The notes under the pieces: generated by a model
What the model saw: only the letters and a program-made list of their open reading frames with translations
What the model was told of the DNA's origin: nothing
Database searches by the model: none
Program-made: the position numbers and the translations under genes
Shown here: piece by piece, positions 38,501 through 52,359 of the stretch
Layout of the letters: every line of letters starts with the position of its first letter
Position numbering within the stretch: the first letter of the stretch is position 1
From: Ginglymostoma cirratum
Taxonomy: Eukaryota
Reading direction: 5' to 3'
Assembly (NCBI GenBank): GCA_024137785.1
Contig: JAHRHZ010000084.1
Coordinates: 17,058,875-17,122,874 of the forward strand
DNA: 64,000 nt

Positions 38501-40339
38501 TGTAGTCTTTAGAAAAGAACTTGGAAGTCTGCTGCTGTCCAAACTGAATGCATTATCTGCAGGATTCTGGAAGTATGACTAACTATCATCCTCAACTGTG
38601 TATGTACTGACTTGCAGCTTGAAGTGAACCTGACCTGATGTCTGCTGCTTGTGGTGAATTTTATTGACTGTGGGATTTAGTGCTTAATTTTCTCCACAGA
38701 AACAGAGAGCAGGTCTGTTCATGTCTGAAACGTGCCTCTGGTTTGGATGCTGACTGTAATTCGGATATTTAAGGGCTGAACCTTGATTACTATAGAGTAA
38801 GTTTCGTGTCTAATTAAAACTAGGGAGGTTCCTTCTGGGGCCTCACTATCCTCCAGACCTGTACTTCACTCGGTGATCAGACCATGGAGAGTGCAGTAGA
38901 TCACAATGACAAAGGCCCACACAGTGGGCTACAGCAGGGCCCAGACCACCTTCTGAGTCTGCCATGGCCATTCTTTTGTGAATCTGATGTACCCTGCAGC
39001 CTTGGCAATTAGGCCGCCTGTAACCTGGGTGATGTACCAGCAGCTGTGAAATGCCATAGAAGTCTGCACTGACAAGTGCACAGAGGTCTGGAACTGTTTG
39101 CTGAGAAAGTTACAATGACCTCTGGCACTGATTCTCCATCATTTAGATTTGTTTATTTATTTCTTACATGCACTAAGTATAGGAACACAAGTACAGTGAA
39201 AAGTGCACAAAGTCGCCATTCACTGGCGCCCACTTGGTAACAAAAACCAGAATTAAAGGGTTTTAACAGAGTCAAAAGGTAAGTAAGGAAAAAAAGGAAA
39301 AGTCCAGACCTCAGAGCCCCAAGTCCCATCTCCACAATAGAGCAGGCACTGCTCCAATCACTAGGGCACCCAGGAGACCGCCGCCACCAACATGCAAAAG
39401 GCCCGCTCTCGCCTTTGGGTGCCTTCAGAAGCAGGGGTCAGGGCAGTGTCTCCTTCTTCTGTGTGCCCTTTGTTTCCTGACACCCAGACATGGGCTCTTC
39501 CTGTGCAGGTGACTGCAGCATGTCAATGACCTCTGAGGTGGCCGTGGTGAAATCCTGACCTTTTGTGTCCTGTTGGAGTCTCCGGACAATGGTCTGGCCT
39601 GTGTGACCTGAACTGCTGAGGGCTTGGGGTGGAACATCACCTGGTCTTCCAGTCAGCGGACAATCAGATGTGGTTACCTCTGTTGGTGCGTCTGAAATTC
39701 TGACAGGTAACTCTCCTGCTCCCTGGAATCCTCTAAAATAGTTCTGATATGCTTACCTGAATCATTACCTGGTAAATAATGAACAGACAGAAAAATTACT
39801 GTGTAGCTCCTGATAGCTACACAACTGTGCCCGCTTCTCAAACCGTCGATCAGTGACCACCTGCTCCTGGCTCCTCACCCCCTCCCCTACCAACAAGCCC
39901 CTCTGATCTACAGACTCACCTCAGATCATTGGAATGTACCCCGTCTGACTAGACCTGACTGCCCCCACCATATGACTACACCCCTCAACTTGTAAACCCT
40001 CCTGACCCAATCTGACTGCCTCCCAACCCATTTACCTACTCACCCATGCTACCCTACCCCTCTGCCCAATCATCTATTTGCTATCCTTCATACAGGCCAT
40101 TTAAATGTACCACAAGTGGGGCTTGTCCAGCCTTTCCTCCTGAGGCTGCACTGCCCTGATGGAGCTCCTGGATGGGTACTGTGCTTTACATTTCTGTAGG
40201 TGCTGGGCTCAGAAGGCCCTGCCTGGGGATAATGAACCATCCAGTACAGAAGAGGTTGTTCAGCCCAATGAGTCTGTACCCATGACAAATGTACTACAAC
40301 TGCACTAGTCTCAATTTCCCACACTAGGCACACAGCCTT

Positions 40340-40575
40340 GACTGTTTTGATGCATCAAATCCTCATCCAATACTTTATGAAGATTGTGAGGTTTCCTGCC
40401 TCAACTATCCTCCCAAGCAGCGCATTCCAGATTCCCCACACATTCTGTGTGAGAAGGCTTTTTCTCAAACCCCCTCGAAATCTCCTGCCTTTCACTTTAA
40501 AATTATGCCCCCGTTGTTCCTGACCCTTTGACTAAGGGGCACCATTGTTTTCTATTCATCATGTCCATGCCCCCT
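40340..40575 (-). mobile_element. CR1 LINE 3' fragment
   Basis: cagcgcattccagattccccacacattctgtgtgagaagg (minus strand F.QNVWGIWNAL). Confidence 0.6.
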
Positions 40576-40921
40576 TGTGATCTAATGCAGCCGGAGATGG
40601 GAAGGAGCATCAGAGCAGAGAAATGTGGGAGAGGGGGCAATGGGGCAGGCATTGCCACTGTGCAGAAGATCCAGGCTGATAGGAGTGCACTGTTGCCCTT
40701 CTGATTGCTTTGACCTTTTGTCCCTATGTAGGTCAAGTTTGATCACATGACAAAAATTGGATCATTTTAGTGAGTTGTGCTGCGCGGTGCCTTTTAAACC
40801 AAAGTTTTAAGATCAGCTTATAAACGTTTATAGTGTTTATTGCCAGTGAAATAAAAATGAAAAGCCTAACTCTTTTAAAATCAAAAGATGGCAATTACTT
40901 TGATCAACACCTTTCCCTGAG

Positions 40922-41090
40922 ACAAAAACCAGAAGTTGCTGGAAAAGCTCCGCAGGTCTGCCAGCATCTGTGAAGAAAAGATCAGTTAACGTTTTGGGTC
41001 GGGGTGACCCTTCCTCAGAACTGAGGAGCAGTTTTTCCAGCAACTTGTGGTTTTTGTTCCTGATTTACAGCATCTGCAGTTTTTTTTTCA
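40922..41090. mobile_element. Fold-back Penelope-derived element (older subfamily)
   Basis: 25-bp inverted arms 40922-40946 and 41033-41057 (1 mismatch); central palindrome tcctcag-aa-ctgagga; minus strand ctgaggaagggtcaccccgacccaaaacgtt. Confidence 0.75.
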
Positions 41091-42847
41091 TTTTTCACCT
41101 TTCCTGGAGACCTGTGCATTAGTCATTGATTGTCCAGTGGGTTAGATACATTGTCCGTACCATCGTTACAATTATCCTGGCAAATTGTCTTGCACATATT
41201 TCACTGAGTAGAAATGTAGGAAATAGAAGAGATTAGAAAGTAAATCGAAAAGTGCCTTCTATTACTGAAGTAACCACGAGCCTCAGTTTCTAGTTCCTCT
41301 GTACTGGACTTGGATGATTGTTGGTCCAATTTCCTATTGCAACCCAAGCAAGTTATTTGGGTGTATACCTGTGGAAGTTTAAAAATTGCATAGCATTGCT
41401 TGTAGAGCAGGGAGTCCTCAGTCTTCTGACCAGCATTACATCCTCAGCTAGCACTGTCAACTGAAGATGGCACTTGGTTTCATTTCCCCTTTTGGGGAAT
41501 CCTGTTGTATGCAGACTGGATGGCATGTTTTCTTGCATAACAGTGGGGACTACACTTGAAAGATATTGAATTGAATGTGACCCACGCTGCCATTTTCTAA
41601 AGAATGGCATAAGTGCAACTTTTTGGCTCTGTTCTAGTCAGTAATTTTATGTTTTATGTTTTGACATTGAGTGGGAACTTGCAGAGTTGGTATCAGCATC
41701 AGGCAAGAAGAAGATTGTGCTTTTTAAAACATGCCAGGAAACCTTGGACAGGTGAGGATTGATTTAAACATTACCATAATTTTAAGGCTTGCAAGTGAGG
41801 GCATTCAGCCACAAATGTCTTTCTGTGCCGTCTGAGTGGGGTGTCAACCCATTTCCTTCAGCTACCAGCGGGCTGGTTTCAGGCTCCTAATCTCCTTCTG
41901 ACGTACAACACATCGACGTCTTGGTGATCCAGTCTTGTTTGCCTGTCATTTAGTAGCTGACTTGAGTTATGGATGGTAAAGATGTCAAGGTGAAGTGAAG
42001 GGATGCTACGGTATTATTTACCCAGTCTTGCGTGGTTTCTGTACAGTCTGCTATTGCCTGTCCCTGTAGATTAGTAAACCTACAAATAGCACATGATGAG
42101 CTGGCTCATTACAATCAGCCATGATGTCATTGATGAACAAATCATTTTAAGTGGCATCTTAAAACCACATCTCAGAGAGGACCTTTGTGGAAGAAGTTTC
42201 TGCCAGTCATTTTTAATTGACTTATGAATGTATGACCATTTCATTTCAACCCAAGTTCCATCATTGCTGAACACTTTTTTTTCATGAGATATTGTTAATA
42301 GTTATATAGAAAAGTTGAGTTGACCATATCAGAATCCCATTTTGTTAGAATTTGACAAATGAATGTTGTAAAGATGGACGAAATGATCTCTAGGTGTGAG
42401 ACATACCAGCTGAACAACTGGTTCCAGCACACATCTGCTGATGACAGTACAACTGAATGGAGAAGATCAGGCCTTGCTTTGATCATTGTCAGATTGAGTC
42501 ATAAAATAGTGATCGGTCACCACCAAGTAACTTGACTTCACAGATACGTACTCTTTGCAAAGTTGCTTGTACAACATTCAACATTACAGTGAGAGACCAG
42601 CTTAAATATTTTTACAGTGTTCTGCCTAGATCTAGCATCTGTCAATGATTTTCAAAACAACACTTTTTTACCTGCAGAACTATTTCACAATGTCTCATTT
42701 CAAGTTCTGGGTTCCAACTTTTAATTTTTTGCTGCCTGATCCATTTCAGTACAATGTTTCTGCTGACGTGAATGATTTGAGTATTTTGTCATCTGTAAGT
42801 CACTGCGACTGACTTGATTCAGCTGAATTTATACTCCATCTTGCTGA

Positions 42848-42928
42848 CTCTCCCTCGACCCGTAGGGTCAGTGTCCCTCCCTCTTCCTCGACCCATAGGG
42901 TCACAGTGTCCCTCCCTCTCCCTCGACC
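42848..42928 (+). repeat. Short tandem repeat, 33-35 bp unit, about 2.4 copies
   Basis: ctctccctcgacccgtagggtcagtgtccctcc repeated with small changes. Confidence 0.85.
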
Positions 42929-43559
42929 TGTATGTTTTGTGTAATTAACCTTTACAGATTTGTTATGTAAGTTGTTTCTACACAACTTTATTATCCTCTG
43001 AATCGTATGCTTTTGCTAAATCTTAAATCTCTCGAACTCAGTTGCTAACCATTTCCTGAGGACTTCCTTAACGCGCATCCTATATTCACTTTCCAACAAT
43101 GAAATAATTACTACTTTTTGCCTCTTCCAGCAGTGTTGTCTGATGCTCAGGGAAGAAAAAAGCCCCAGTTCAATGTGTTTTTCAGCTTTAGTTAGATAGT
43201 CGAATATCCTCCAATGTGTTTGTCCTGATTCAGTTTGCTTTCTGTTAAAAGACAGAGGAGGCTATATCAATGACTGGTTTGAAGTGTTGGTTTCGAAGGT
43301 GCAATCATGACTGACTGCATCACTGCTGCTGATGCCATGGTGACAGTTGCTGAGAGTTCCTCAGCCTCATTCTTCATCGCATTTGTGCTCCGTTGGGCAA
43401 TTTCAAAAAGTGCCTTTCTCCGAGAATAGAAAATGATGTAGTCTCAGTCCCATGTTGCAGTGCTCACTGTAAACTCTGCTGGCACCTGAAACAGATCGGG
43501 ACGGGTTTGTGTTAGATGTTCACTTAAAGTTCCCTGCCGGCTTGTAGATCACATCGTGT

Positions 43560-44420
43560 TGTGGCGCAAACGGGGGACGCTCAAGCAGGAATGAGAGGAA
43601 TGCAGCTATCTGAGAGGGTTACACGGCTGCAGGAGATTAGAAATAGGGACAGGAGGCTGAGGACAAAGGTGGGAATTGTAGACATGAATCAGAATTTTGG
43701 TGTTGGATGACTGGGAATCGCTGTTGGTCAGTGAGCTTTGGGGTAATAGGGAATAAATTTGCTGTAAATTAGAATGCAAGAAGCAGACCTTTGGCTGGCT
43801 TTGTTTAAAGGGTGGACGCTGGGTGATGAGGCAGGCGTGTATTGGAATAAACAAGTCCAGGGGTGGCTAACATGCGGCTGTAGGTTTCATCATCAGATGA
43901 GTGGCATTGAGCTACCTTATAAAGGTGGAATTCCATGGTGATCCTTATAGTGGTGCAGATTTATGGTTAGAATTTCTCTCTCGGCTGCGAACGCTAATTC
44001 ATCCTCAGCCAGTTGCCAGAAGGAGGGATGAAGTCAGTAGTTGTGGAGCTGATATTGCAGTGTAGACAAAAGACACTGAGCTTCAGTCTTTCCACTATTT
44101 AATAGGAGGAAATGTATGCTTATCCTCCATTAGATGCCAGTCAAGCAGTCTGAGGAGGCGAGAGAGGTGATGGTGACCTGGAGCTAGGTGTCATCAACGT
44201 ATGTTTGTAAAAATGAATACTGCCTTTGGATGTTGTTGAGGCGTCCCGTGTTGTTGAGAAACAGGAGCAACCTAGAACAGATCCTTAGAATCACCAGAGG
44301 TAATTGCTTCGGAATGGATGAGGAGCTATAGCCAATGATTTTTCAGGAATGGTTAAATAGATAAGAATGGAACCGTTTGAGTGCATTTGTGCAGTGAAAT
44401 GGCCTGTCCGATGCACTTGG
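43560..44420 (-). mobile_element. Ancient L2 LINE ORF2 remnant
   Basis: Minus strand ggatctgttctagg (GSVLG), tacgttgatgacacctagctc (YVDDT*L, i.e. YADDTQL) and KILIHVYNS...ISNLLQPCNPLR (L2 C-terminus). Confidence 0.7.
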
Positions 44421-45429
44421 GTGAAGCCAACACGTGAATAGTGATCATTTGGGTGAACTTGGATTGGGCTTCAGCACGTTTGGGACTTTGGATGTCGGAT
44501 GAAGTGCAGGCCATCATGAGGGTTTGGCTTTGCTGGAGTTGCCACCCAACTTCAGCAATGGTGAGTGGCTTTCCTTGCAAAGGAAGGTGTAGGACTGATC
44601 AGGATCTCCAGACTATCATCTTTCAGCATGTGCTTGAGATCTGCTCATATTGTCACAGGTACCTAATGTCCTGACCCTGGATACTCCAGCAGAGATGGGA
44701 CTCGGTCGTTCACTCTCCTCCACAGTCCTGCTGGTGGGAAAGGTCCAAAAATCCCACTCCAGCCCATATTCCTCATATTACATTTACGTATTTGCATTTC
44801 CTACCACTTACAATGTGAACCAGATAGATTATGATAATGGCAATGGAGAGAGCCTGCAGGAGAAGTTTTGTCATCATTTCTGCTTGCACGAAGCAATAAT
44901 TAAATTTTACTGTAAAACAAGATTATATTGAATTGTTGAATAAATGATAATTACAGGATGTGTAATTAGATTAAATAATGTCGTTCGAACTGTCTGACTC
45001 ATCAACACTTTCTGTTCCATGAGGTATGTACATTCTTAAAAGTGGAATGTGCTGGTCCTGAACAGTTAAACGCAATCGCATTTTCCTTGAATAAAGAAGT
45101 TTATTCTGTGTCATGAGTTGCTGTGGGAACTTCATGGCTCTGGAACCTAATCCGGATGAAACTTTATTAGTTAGTACATAATTAAGTAGAAAAAATTCTT
45201 GGATTTGTTCATTTTTGCAAAGGCTCCCAGTGAGTTATTGTTGCAAGAGAGGAAGTATGGTAAACCCATTTTGCATCTTAGCCTGTGCCTCATCTGTGCA
45301 ATGTTTGAATTTTGCACTATGACAGAGCAATATTGCAGGACTTATTTTTAAAAATTCAACTTCATCTGTTTAAAGAACTATTTACATCCATCCTTTCTTA
45401 GAATGCAAAATCTTAACACAGCGTTACAC

Positions 45430-46200
45430 AGGATATAGAATACAAAAACAGACTATTTGGCCAAAGTAGTGTTTATACTGTTCAGAAGACTCCACCCCCA
45501 TTCCATTTGTCTCATCCCACCCTCTCAGCAAGTTCCTACTCCCTTTCCTCACATGTATTTATTTAGGCTCTCTTTGGAAGCATCCAAGCTATTTGCCTTA
45601 ACCAATTCCTGTGGCAGAGTCCTCTACATTTTAACCACTCTATGTAATGACATTTCGCCTCAGTTCCCTGTTGGATTTATTCATAACTCTCCTGCATTCT
45701 TACCCTCTAGCTTTGGATTCTCCTACAAGTGGCAGCATTCTCTACATATCCGTCCTTACATCCCATTCAGAATTTTGAAACTCCCTTGAGGTCACCTCTA
45801 GTCCTCACTATCCTGAAGAAAAAGACCAAGCCTGTTTTTACCTTTCCCGACAGCTGTAACCGCAAAGTTCTTATAAATGTTTCTTCCACTTTTTTTCCAG
45901 TAGTTCCTACAGGAATGAAGACCAGAACAACGAACAGTGCAGCCTGACCTAATTCCCATTCTAATTTAACATAACTTCACTCGTTTTGAGTTACTTACCC
46001 GTAGAAATAAATCTCCCAGTGTTCTGATAACATTTTAAATGGTTTTGCCGATGTAACATGATGCTTTTAATGATTTGTTCAGCTGTATCCCAAGGTCCCA
46101 GTGCTGCTGGTCCTTTTGTAAGATTGAGGACAGGATGTTTCTCCTTTTCCTACTAAAGTGCTTCATATCATACTTATCCATGTGAAAGTTCATTTAATAC
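45430..46200 (-). mobile_element. Old CR1 LINE fragment
   Basis: cctgtggcagagtcctctacattttaaccactct and ttgaggtcacctct (minus strand RGDL); gaccagaacaacgaacagtg (minus strand V.FWS). Confidence 0.55.
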
Positions 46201-47170
46201 CTAATATAATTTAGTCACTTGCCATAACAGCAATAGTGGACCACAAGCACCATAACCTAGAAACGGGGCATCTTTGGTATTAAATCTCTTTATAAATTTT
46301 TAGCCAACTTGACTGGTTTGAATTTTCTTCAGGTTCCTCCCAAACTATGAGTGTGTTATCCGGCAGGTTCCTGCCTCCTCAAAAATGTTGGAAACCGAAC
46401 TTGCTGTAAAGTCTCCTACTTGAACACATTTTCTCCACTTCTCATCATTTCTACTTCCTATCTGCCTTCAATCTTCAGTCTTCCACAATCAAAAGCAGTT
46501 AATCGCTATTCTCTGTCACACCTTATCTTCTGCTTGGTAATTTCAATCTCAACGGTGCCTGTACTGCATATCTTGGCTTCTCAACATAAGAGTAACAGGG
46601 ACATCCAAGTTCACCAGTGTGTGGTACCTCTTAACGTAATTGTTGTTTATAGCACGTCATTGGCAGTGCTCCCCATGCTCATGGTACAAGACAAGACAAA
46701 GTAGGTGACCTCTACACCACCCGCTAACTCCTTGGAGCACTGTATTGGGATGCTGACCACAAGAGTTCTGAGGAGCTAGGAAACAAGGCCCTTGAAGAGG
46801 AACTGAGGAGTCCAGTGCACTCAAATAGGGAGTGTGGCACTTGGAAATCCAGCAGATTTTTTTTTGCAGGACCCAAGTTATGAAAATGTCTCCGTACATC
46901 AGATTACCTATCCCTATAACAAGCTGACATTTATCAGAGTCCCTGATGACATTCTAACGGCAAATTTGTTCATATGTGACAAAAGATTGAGCCAAAAGCA
47001 TGGGGCTTCTTTATTGACTGGACACTGGATGAGATTTAACTATTTAACTGACAAACTACTTCCAGCTCAGTTGCAAGCAATTAAATTTTTCTTAGCAGAG
47101 GCTGAATGAACACACAGGTTTCCCCCGAATTATCAGTAATCTGTTTGCAAAACATTCTTTTAAATGAGAC

Positions 47171-47232
47171 AGAGATAACAAGGTGTGGGGCTGGATGAAC
47201 ACAGCAGGCCAAGCAGCATCATAGGAGCAGGA
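47171..47232 (-). mobile_element. Truncated Penelope-derived short element, cut before the hammerhead core
   Basis: agagataacaaggtgtggggctggatgaacacagcaggccaagcagcatcataggagcagga. Confidence 0.75.
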
Positions 47233-48445
47233 TGGCAGGATGGTGAGTGACTTGAAGGGGAACTAGCAGGAGGTTTTTGTTCCCATGTCCTTATGGATGG
47301 TTGTGATTGTAGGTTTGGATGGTGCTGCCCAAGGAGCCCTGGTGAGGTACTGTGGGCATTTGTAAGTTGTACAAACTGCTGCTTATGAGTGTTGGTGGTG
47401 GAGGGAGTGGGTGCTTGTAGATATGGTGCCAACCAAGCGAGCTGCTTTATCGTGGTTTCAAATTTCTTTAGTGTTGTTAGAACTGCACTTTCTAGGCAAG
47501 TGGGGAATATTCCATTGCACTCCCGAGTTGTGCCTTGTAGATAGTGGACAGGCACTGGGGAGTCACAAGGTGGCTTTGTCACCGCAGGATTCCTAGCTTC
47601 TGACTTGCTGTTGTAGCCATAGTCTTATATGGCTAGTCCAGTTCACTTCTCTGGGCAGTGGAAAACACTGGGATGTCGATAGTGGGAGATTTAGCAAAAA
47701 TAATGCCCTTGAATGCCAGGGGTTGATGGTTAGATTCTCTCTTATGGGAGAATAGCACTTAGGTGGTGCAAATGTTTCTTGCCACTTGTCCGTCCAAACC
47801 TGGATATGGTCCTGGTCATGCTGCATTTGAATGTGGACTGCTTCAGTATCTGACGAGTTACAAATGGTGTGAACTTGTTCAGTCACCAGTGAACCTCCTC
47901 CCCTGCCCTTCTGACCGCACGGTGAAGGGAACGTCATTGATGAAGTAGCTGAAGATGGTTGGGCCTAGGACACTGTCCTGAGGAATTCCTGCAGTGATAT
48001 CCTGGAGCTGAGATGATGGATCTCTAACACCAACAAGCATTTTCCTTTGGGCCAGGTTTGACTCCAGTCAGTGCAGAATTTTCCCTCTGTGATTTTCATT
48101 GACCAATGCTCCTTGATGCCAAACTCAGTCAAATGTAACCTTGATGTCCAGGGCAGTCACTGTCACCTCCCCTCTGGAATTCAGCTCCTTTCTCTATGTT
48201 TGAACCAAGGCTGTAATGACATCAGGAGGTGAGTCGCCCTGGCAGAACCCAAACTAGGGGGTCACTGAGCAGATTATCGCTAAACAGGTACTGTTTAATG
48301 CAATGCTAATGACCCCTTTCATCACTTTACTGATGATTGCGAGTAAACTGATGGAATGATAATCGGCCGGGTTAGATTTGTCTTAGTTTTCGTGTACAGG
48401 ACAGGGCAATTTACCACAATGTCAAGAAATGCCAGCGTTGTAACT
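47233..48445 (-). mobile_element. CR1/L2-group LINE (second family) RT region, about 1.2 kb
   Basis: Minus strand LDIKVTFD, GIPQDSVLGPTIFSYFINDVP and QMQHDQDHIQVWTDKWQETFAPPKC. Confidence 0.85.
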
Positions 48446-48921
48446 GGCAAGAACAATTTTTTTGAGTTTATCCCTCCCTAGCATAAGATGTTCCTGTGTC
48501 TGCTTTGTACCGTTGCTGCGATGGACTGGGTAAAAGCTCTGATTCTGCTGGTATTTAGCTAAAATCAGACTATAGCAGTTACTAGAAGGTGCTTGTGAAA
48601 AATTAGGTACATTTTAGCTCAAATTCGTTGTTGTAAGTGTGGGTTCCTTCAAGTTTGGAGTAATCTAGTATGGATTAGGATATCTGCCTTTCTGGTCCAA
48701 CTAGAAGAGCCTTGTTGAGTAAATAATATGAAGTTTATTGTATAATTAAATCTATTTATAGATTGCGTAAATATAATTATGTTTGTGTTGAGACTGTTAA
48801 GGACGCACTAGTCTAAGGTCTATCACTTACAAGCTGACCAAATTCCATGACAACACTGCAGTGTTTACTGCACTCCATTAAGTATTAACCCTTTTAGACC
48901 AATAGACAACATCGTTTATCA

Positions 48922-49730
48922 AAGAACAAAGAACGATACAGCACAGGAACAGGCCCTTTAGCCCTCCAAGCCTGCACCGACACATTTTGCCCTTCCATAT
49001 TAAAACTGTCTTCACTTGCAGGATCCGTATCCCTCTATTCCCTTCCTGCTTGTGTATTTGTCCAGGTGCTTCTTGAATGCTCTTATTGTATCTGCTTCCA
49101 CCACGTCCTCTAGTAACATGTTACAGGCACTCACCACTGTTTTTGTGAAAAACATGCCTCGCACATCTCTATTAAACTCCCTTGCACCTTGAACCTGTGT
49201 CCCCTATTATTTGCCTCTTTTCCCCCTCCAACCTTGGGGAGTAAGCCTCATACTTTCCACTCTATCCATGCCATTCACAATCCTATAAACTGCTATCAGG
49301 TTGCCCCTCAACCTCCTGTGTTCCACTGAAAACAAACCCAGTCTATCCAAACTTTCTTCGTAGCTAAAATCCCTCATACCAGGCAACATCCTGGTAAACC
49401 TTTTCTGTACCCTCTCTAAAGCATCCAGATCCTTCTGATAATGTGGTGACCAGGACTGTACGAAATATTCCAAGTATGACCTAACAAAAGTTCTATTAAA
49501 CTGCAGCATAACTTGCCCATCCTTATACTTAATGCCCCTTCCAATGAAGGCAAGCATGCCGTAAGCCTTCTTTACTACCTTATCTACCTGTGCTGCCACT
49601 TTCAATGATCTGTGGATCTGCACACCCAGATCCCTCGGCTTATCAATACTCTTATTGGTTCTGCCAATCACTGTATAATTTCCACCTGTGCTTGACCTTC
49701 CAAAATGCATCACCTCACGTTTATTCAGCG
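48922..49730 (-). mobile_element. CR1 LINE 3' portion with a residual open RT C-terminal frame
   Basis: ORF 49207-49782: VMHFGRS..RDLGVQIHRSLK..LEYFVQSWSPHYQKDLDALERVQKRFTRMLPG..RRLRGNLIAVYRI. Confidence 0.92.
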
Positions 49731-52251
49731 CAGATCCTGCTACTCTCATACTTTGCAGCATATAGGGGGGAATATTTTGCAAATTTGTTTTGCCACTGTG
49801 GACATCGGGTGGGAGTGTATGTTAGGAATTGGGATTCAGTGGTCAGTGGCCTTTCAGGATTTTTTGTCACTAACATGGAAAATCTAACTGGTCTCCTACT
49901 CTCTGAGCCCCAGTCCCCAATGTGAGTGAAGTTTTACACTAAACTGTGGCAGTGAGGATTAGTGTTACTGGTCATGGTAGGATATCAGGAATGGCTTTCA
50001 GTGTATACATTTAATAAAAATGAATATATTTGGCCTTTGTCCTGTCTGTTATAACTGAAATTAATTCAAGTATACATTCCAAGTTCCAAACCAACCGTTA
50101 CAGCTCTTTGAAATGTATCTTTTGGCTTTTGATTTAAATCAACTACTTAAAAGTTTTACCTCCGTCCTTAGAGTTGGTGACTCGTTGCAGTACGATACTG
50201 TAGATTGTGACTACCTCAGACGTGATACTTGACAGCAATGTCTGGCCTAATTCCAGTGCAGCATCCAAAGGCTGAATCTGGCCTTTTCCAATGTCTCCAC
50301 GAGTACACATTTTAGCAAAACACATTCACTAGAGGAAGACTGAGGACGATTGTAGTGTTCCACTGCTGAATTCAACTAACTCAGCACAGATCAGGATTAG
50401 CCCAACTCCCTGGGTAGCTAAGGGTCATAGAATCTGATGCACTAGACAGTTTAATGGGGCAACCCTTGTGCATTAATTTCTGACAATGTCAAATTAAATC
50501 CAGAATAGTCAAAAATATTTAATCTGTGTTTTAGAACTGTTCTACCTCACATGTTCTTGTTTCTGTGGCTGTGTGGTCGAGAATTGGTGCTGGGCTTTGT
50601 TTGACGCAAGTACTGTGCCCTCATCCTCAAAGTGTACAGAAGCAGCAAGCTATGTACTTCCTAAAGCTAGTACTGGGATTTACTTAGTGGGATAAAGTCC
50701 ACAGCAATTATTATGAATGTTATTGAGTGTTTTTCTGGGTCAGGATTTCTGCTTTCTCCTGCTACTTCTTAGGATTGCTTTATAGCAGATGTCTTTCCAA
50801 AAAGTGAGCCTTGACGATGAGGATATTTGACTTGAGAGGGCATCACGGTTGAGTCTGATATTGTCCTCAACAGTGCCTTCCTTGTCCTTCACATCCTCAT
50901 GTCCATTAGTCAGGACTGGAAAATTTGGGGATTTCCCTCAATCTAATCCAGGAAATCTGAGAAGTGGTGAAGTCTGAATTAAATACAGGATATGGCATTC
51001 ATCATAACCAGAACCTTCCTGTTCTGTAAGGTAATGAGTTACTAGATAAAATAACTGTGTGGTGTGGCAGGACAAACTTCATCTCCAATCCCAGTGAGAT
51101 TCACTAACACCGTGCCAGTTTACTGTGGAACCCTTCAATTTTAGTCGAGTCATAGCACGAAATGACCCTGCTCGGTTTTCCAGTGTTAGCTTTACTGCAG
51201 CTAGAAACCGTTGCTAGTTAAAGTTATAATGGGGTTTGCTTTCTAGTCACCTATTATACACGGAGGCTTCAACTTCTCCTTCCACAAACACCTTTGTGCA
51301 AATATTGGCAAGAACGGACCTGAATTGCGTCTGTGAGTAATTTAGTATTTTGCTGTGCTTGGCCAAGCAACTTGTATTGATTAATTGAGATACAAATATG
51401 TATTTGTTTTTGTACAAGTCTTAAAGAGGAGGAAACACCCTACTTCCTAAAACTGTCAGCCTGGTCTTAAGACAGACAGTCCAAAAATAATTACCGCTCA
51501 TATCTCCCTAACACAGTCTTCAATATCAGCCTCACCCATTCCTTAATGCATATTTGTCATTGTGTTGAAGAAACAAATGTTTATTCTCTGGAGAGATTGG
51601 CCATGTTTTTCTGAATATCTGGGAAGATATGGATGACAAAACTTTATTTAGATTAGTTAGTGAGTTTCTGCACCTGTTTTCAACATCAAACAAGAAAGTT
51701 TTCAATCAGTGAAATATTTTAGAGAAGCTGAAAATAAAGGCTTGTAGTTGTGAGGATGGATTGGGAAGCATCTGTATTGCAGGGAATACTTTTCCTACTC
51801 TCAATTTATAATCTGAAAGCAAAGTGAAAAATATTTTGATCAGAAATGCCGTTTGCTGAGAAACTATATTTTGACAAATTGGAATGGCTGGCACAAATGT
51901 GCTATTAACGACTGGGCGAGGCTGATATTAACGACTGTGCTTGAAAGATACAAGAGGCAATTATTTTTGGATTTGTGCAGCTTGCACATTCAAGACAGGT
52001 CTGACAGTTTGAGGAAGCAGGGAGTTTCCTCCCGTTGGGCTCTTCTGTATTCCTTAACTTTTCTTTGGTCAATTTGAAATGATGTCGATTGTCTTCCTTC
52101 CTGATAGGTTTGTCACATCTTAGAAGGAAGAACTAGCTATGTATTCGGGAAGGAAGCCAAAGGATTAATGGCTAAGCTAATGTTTATGGATTTAAATATT
52201 TTGTTCTGTTTTTGAGTTTGTTTTTGCATTTGTACTCTTGTGTCTGTTTTG

Positions 52252-52359
52252 AGTGCACAGATTATTTTAGTGCACAGATTATTTTAGTGCACAGATTATT
52301 TTAGTGCACAGATTATTTTAGTGCACAGATTATTTTAGTGCACAGATTATTTGAGTGCA
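52252..52359 (+). repeat. Minisatellite, 17-bp unit agtgcacagattatttt, six copies plus a partial one
   Basis: Five perfect units, a sixth ending in g, then agtgca. Confidence 0.95.

Noticed and set aside
49207-49782. 191-aa ORF as a host gene
   Set aside because: It is the C-terminus of a truncated CR1 reverse transcriptase.
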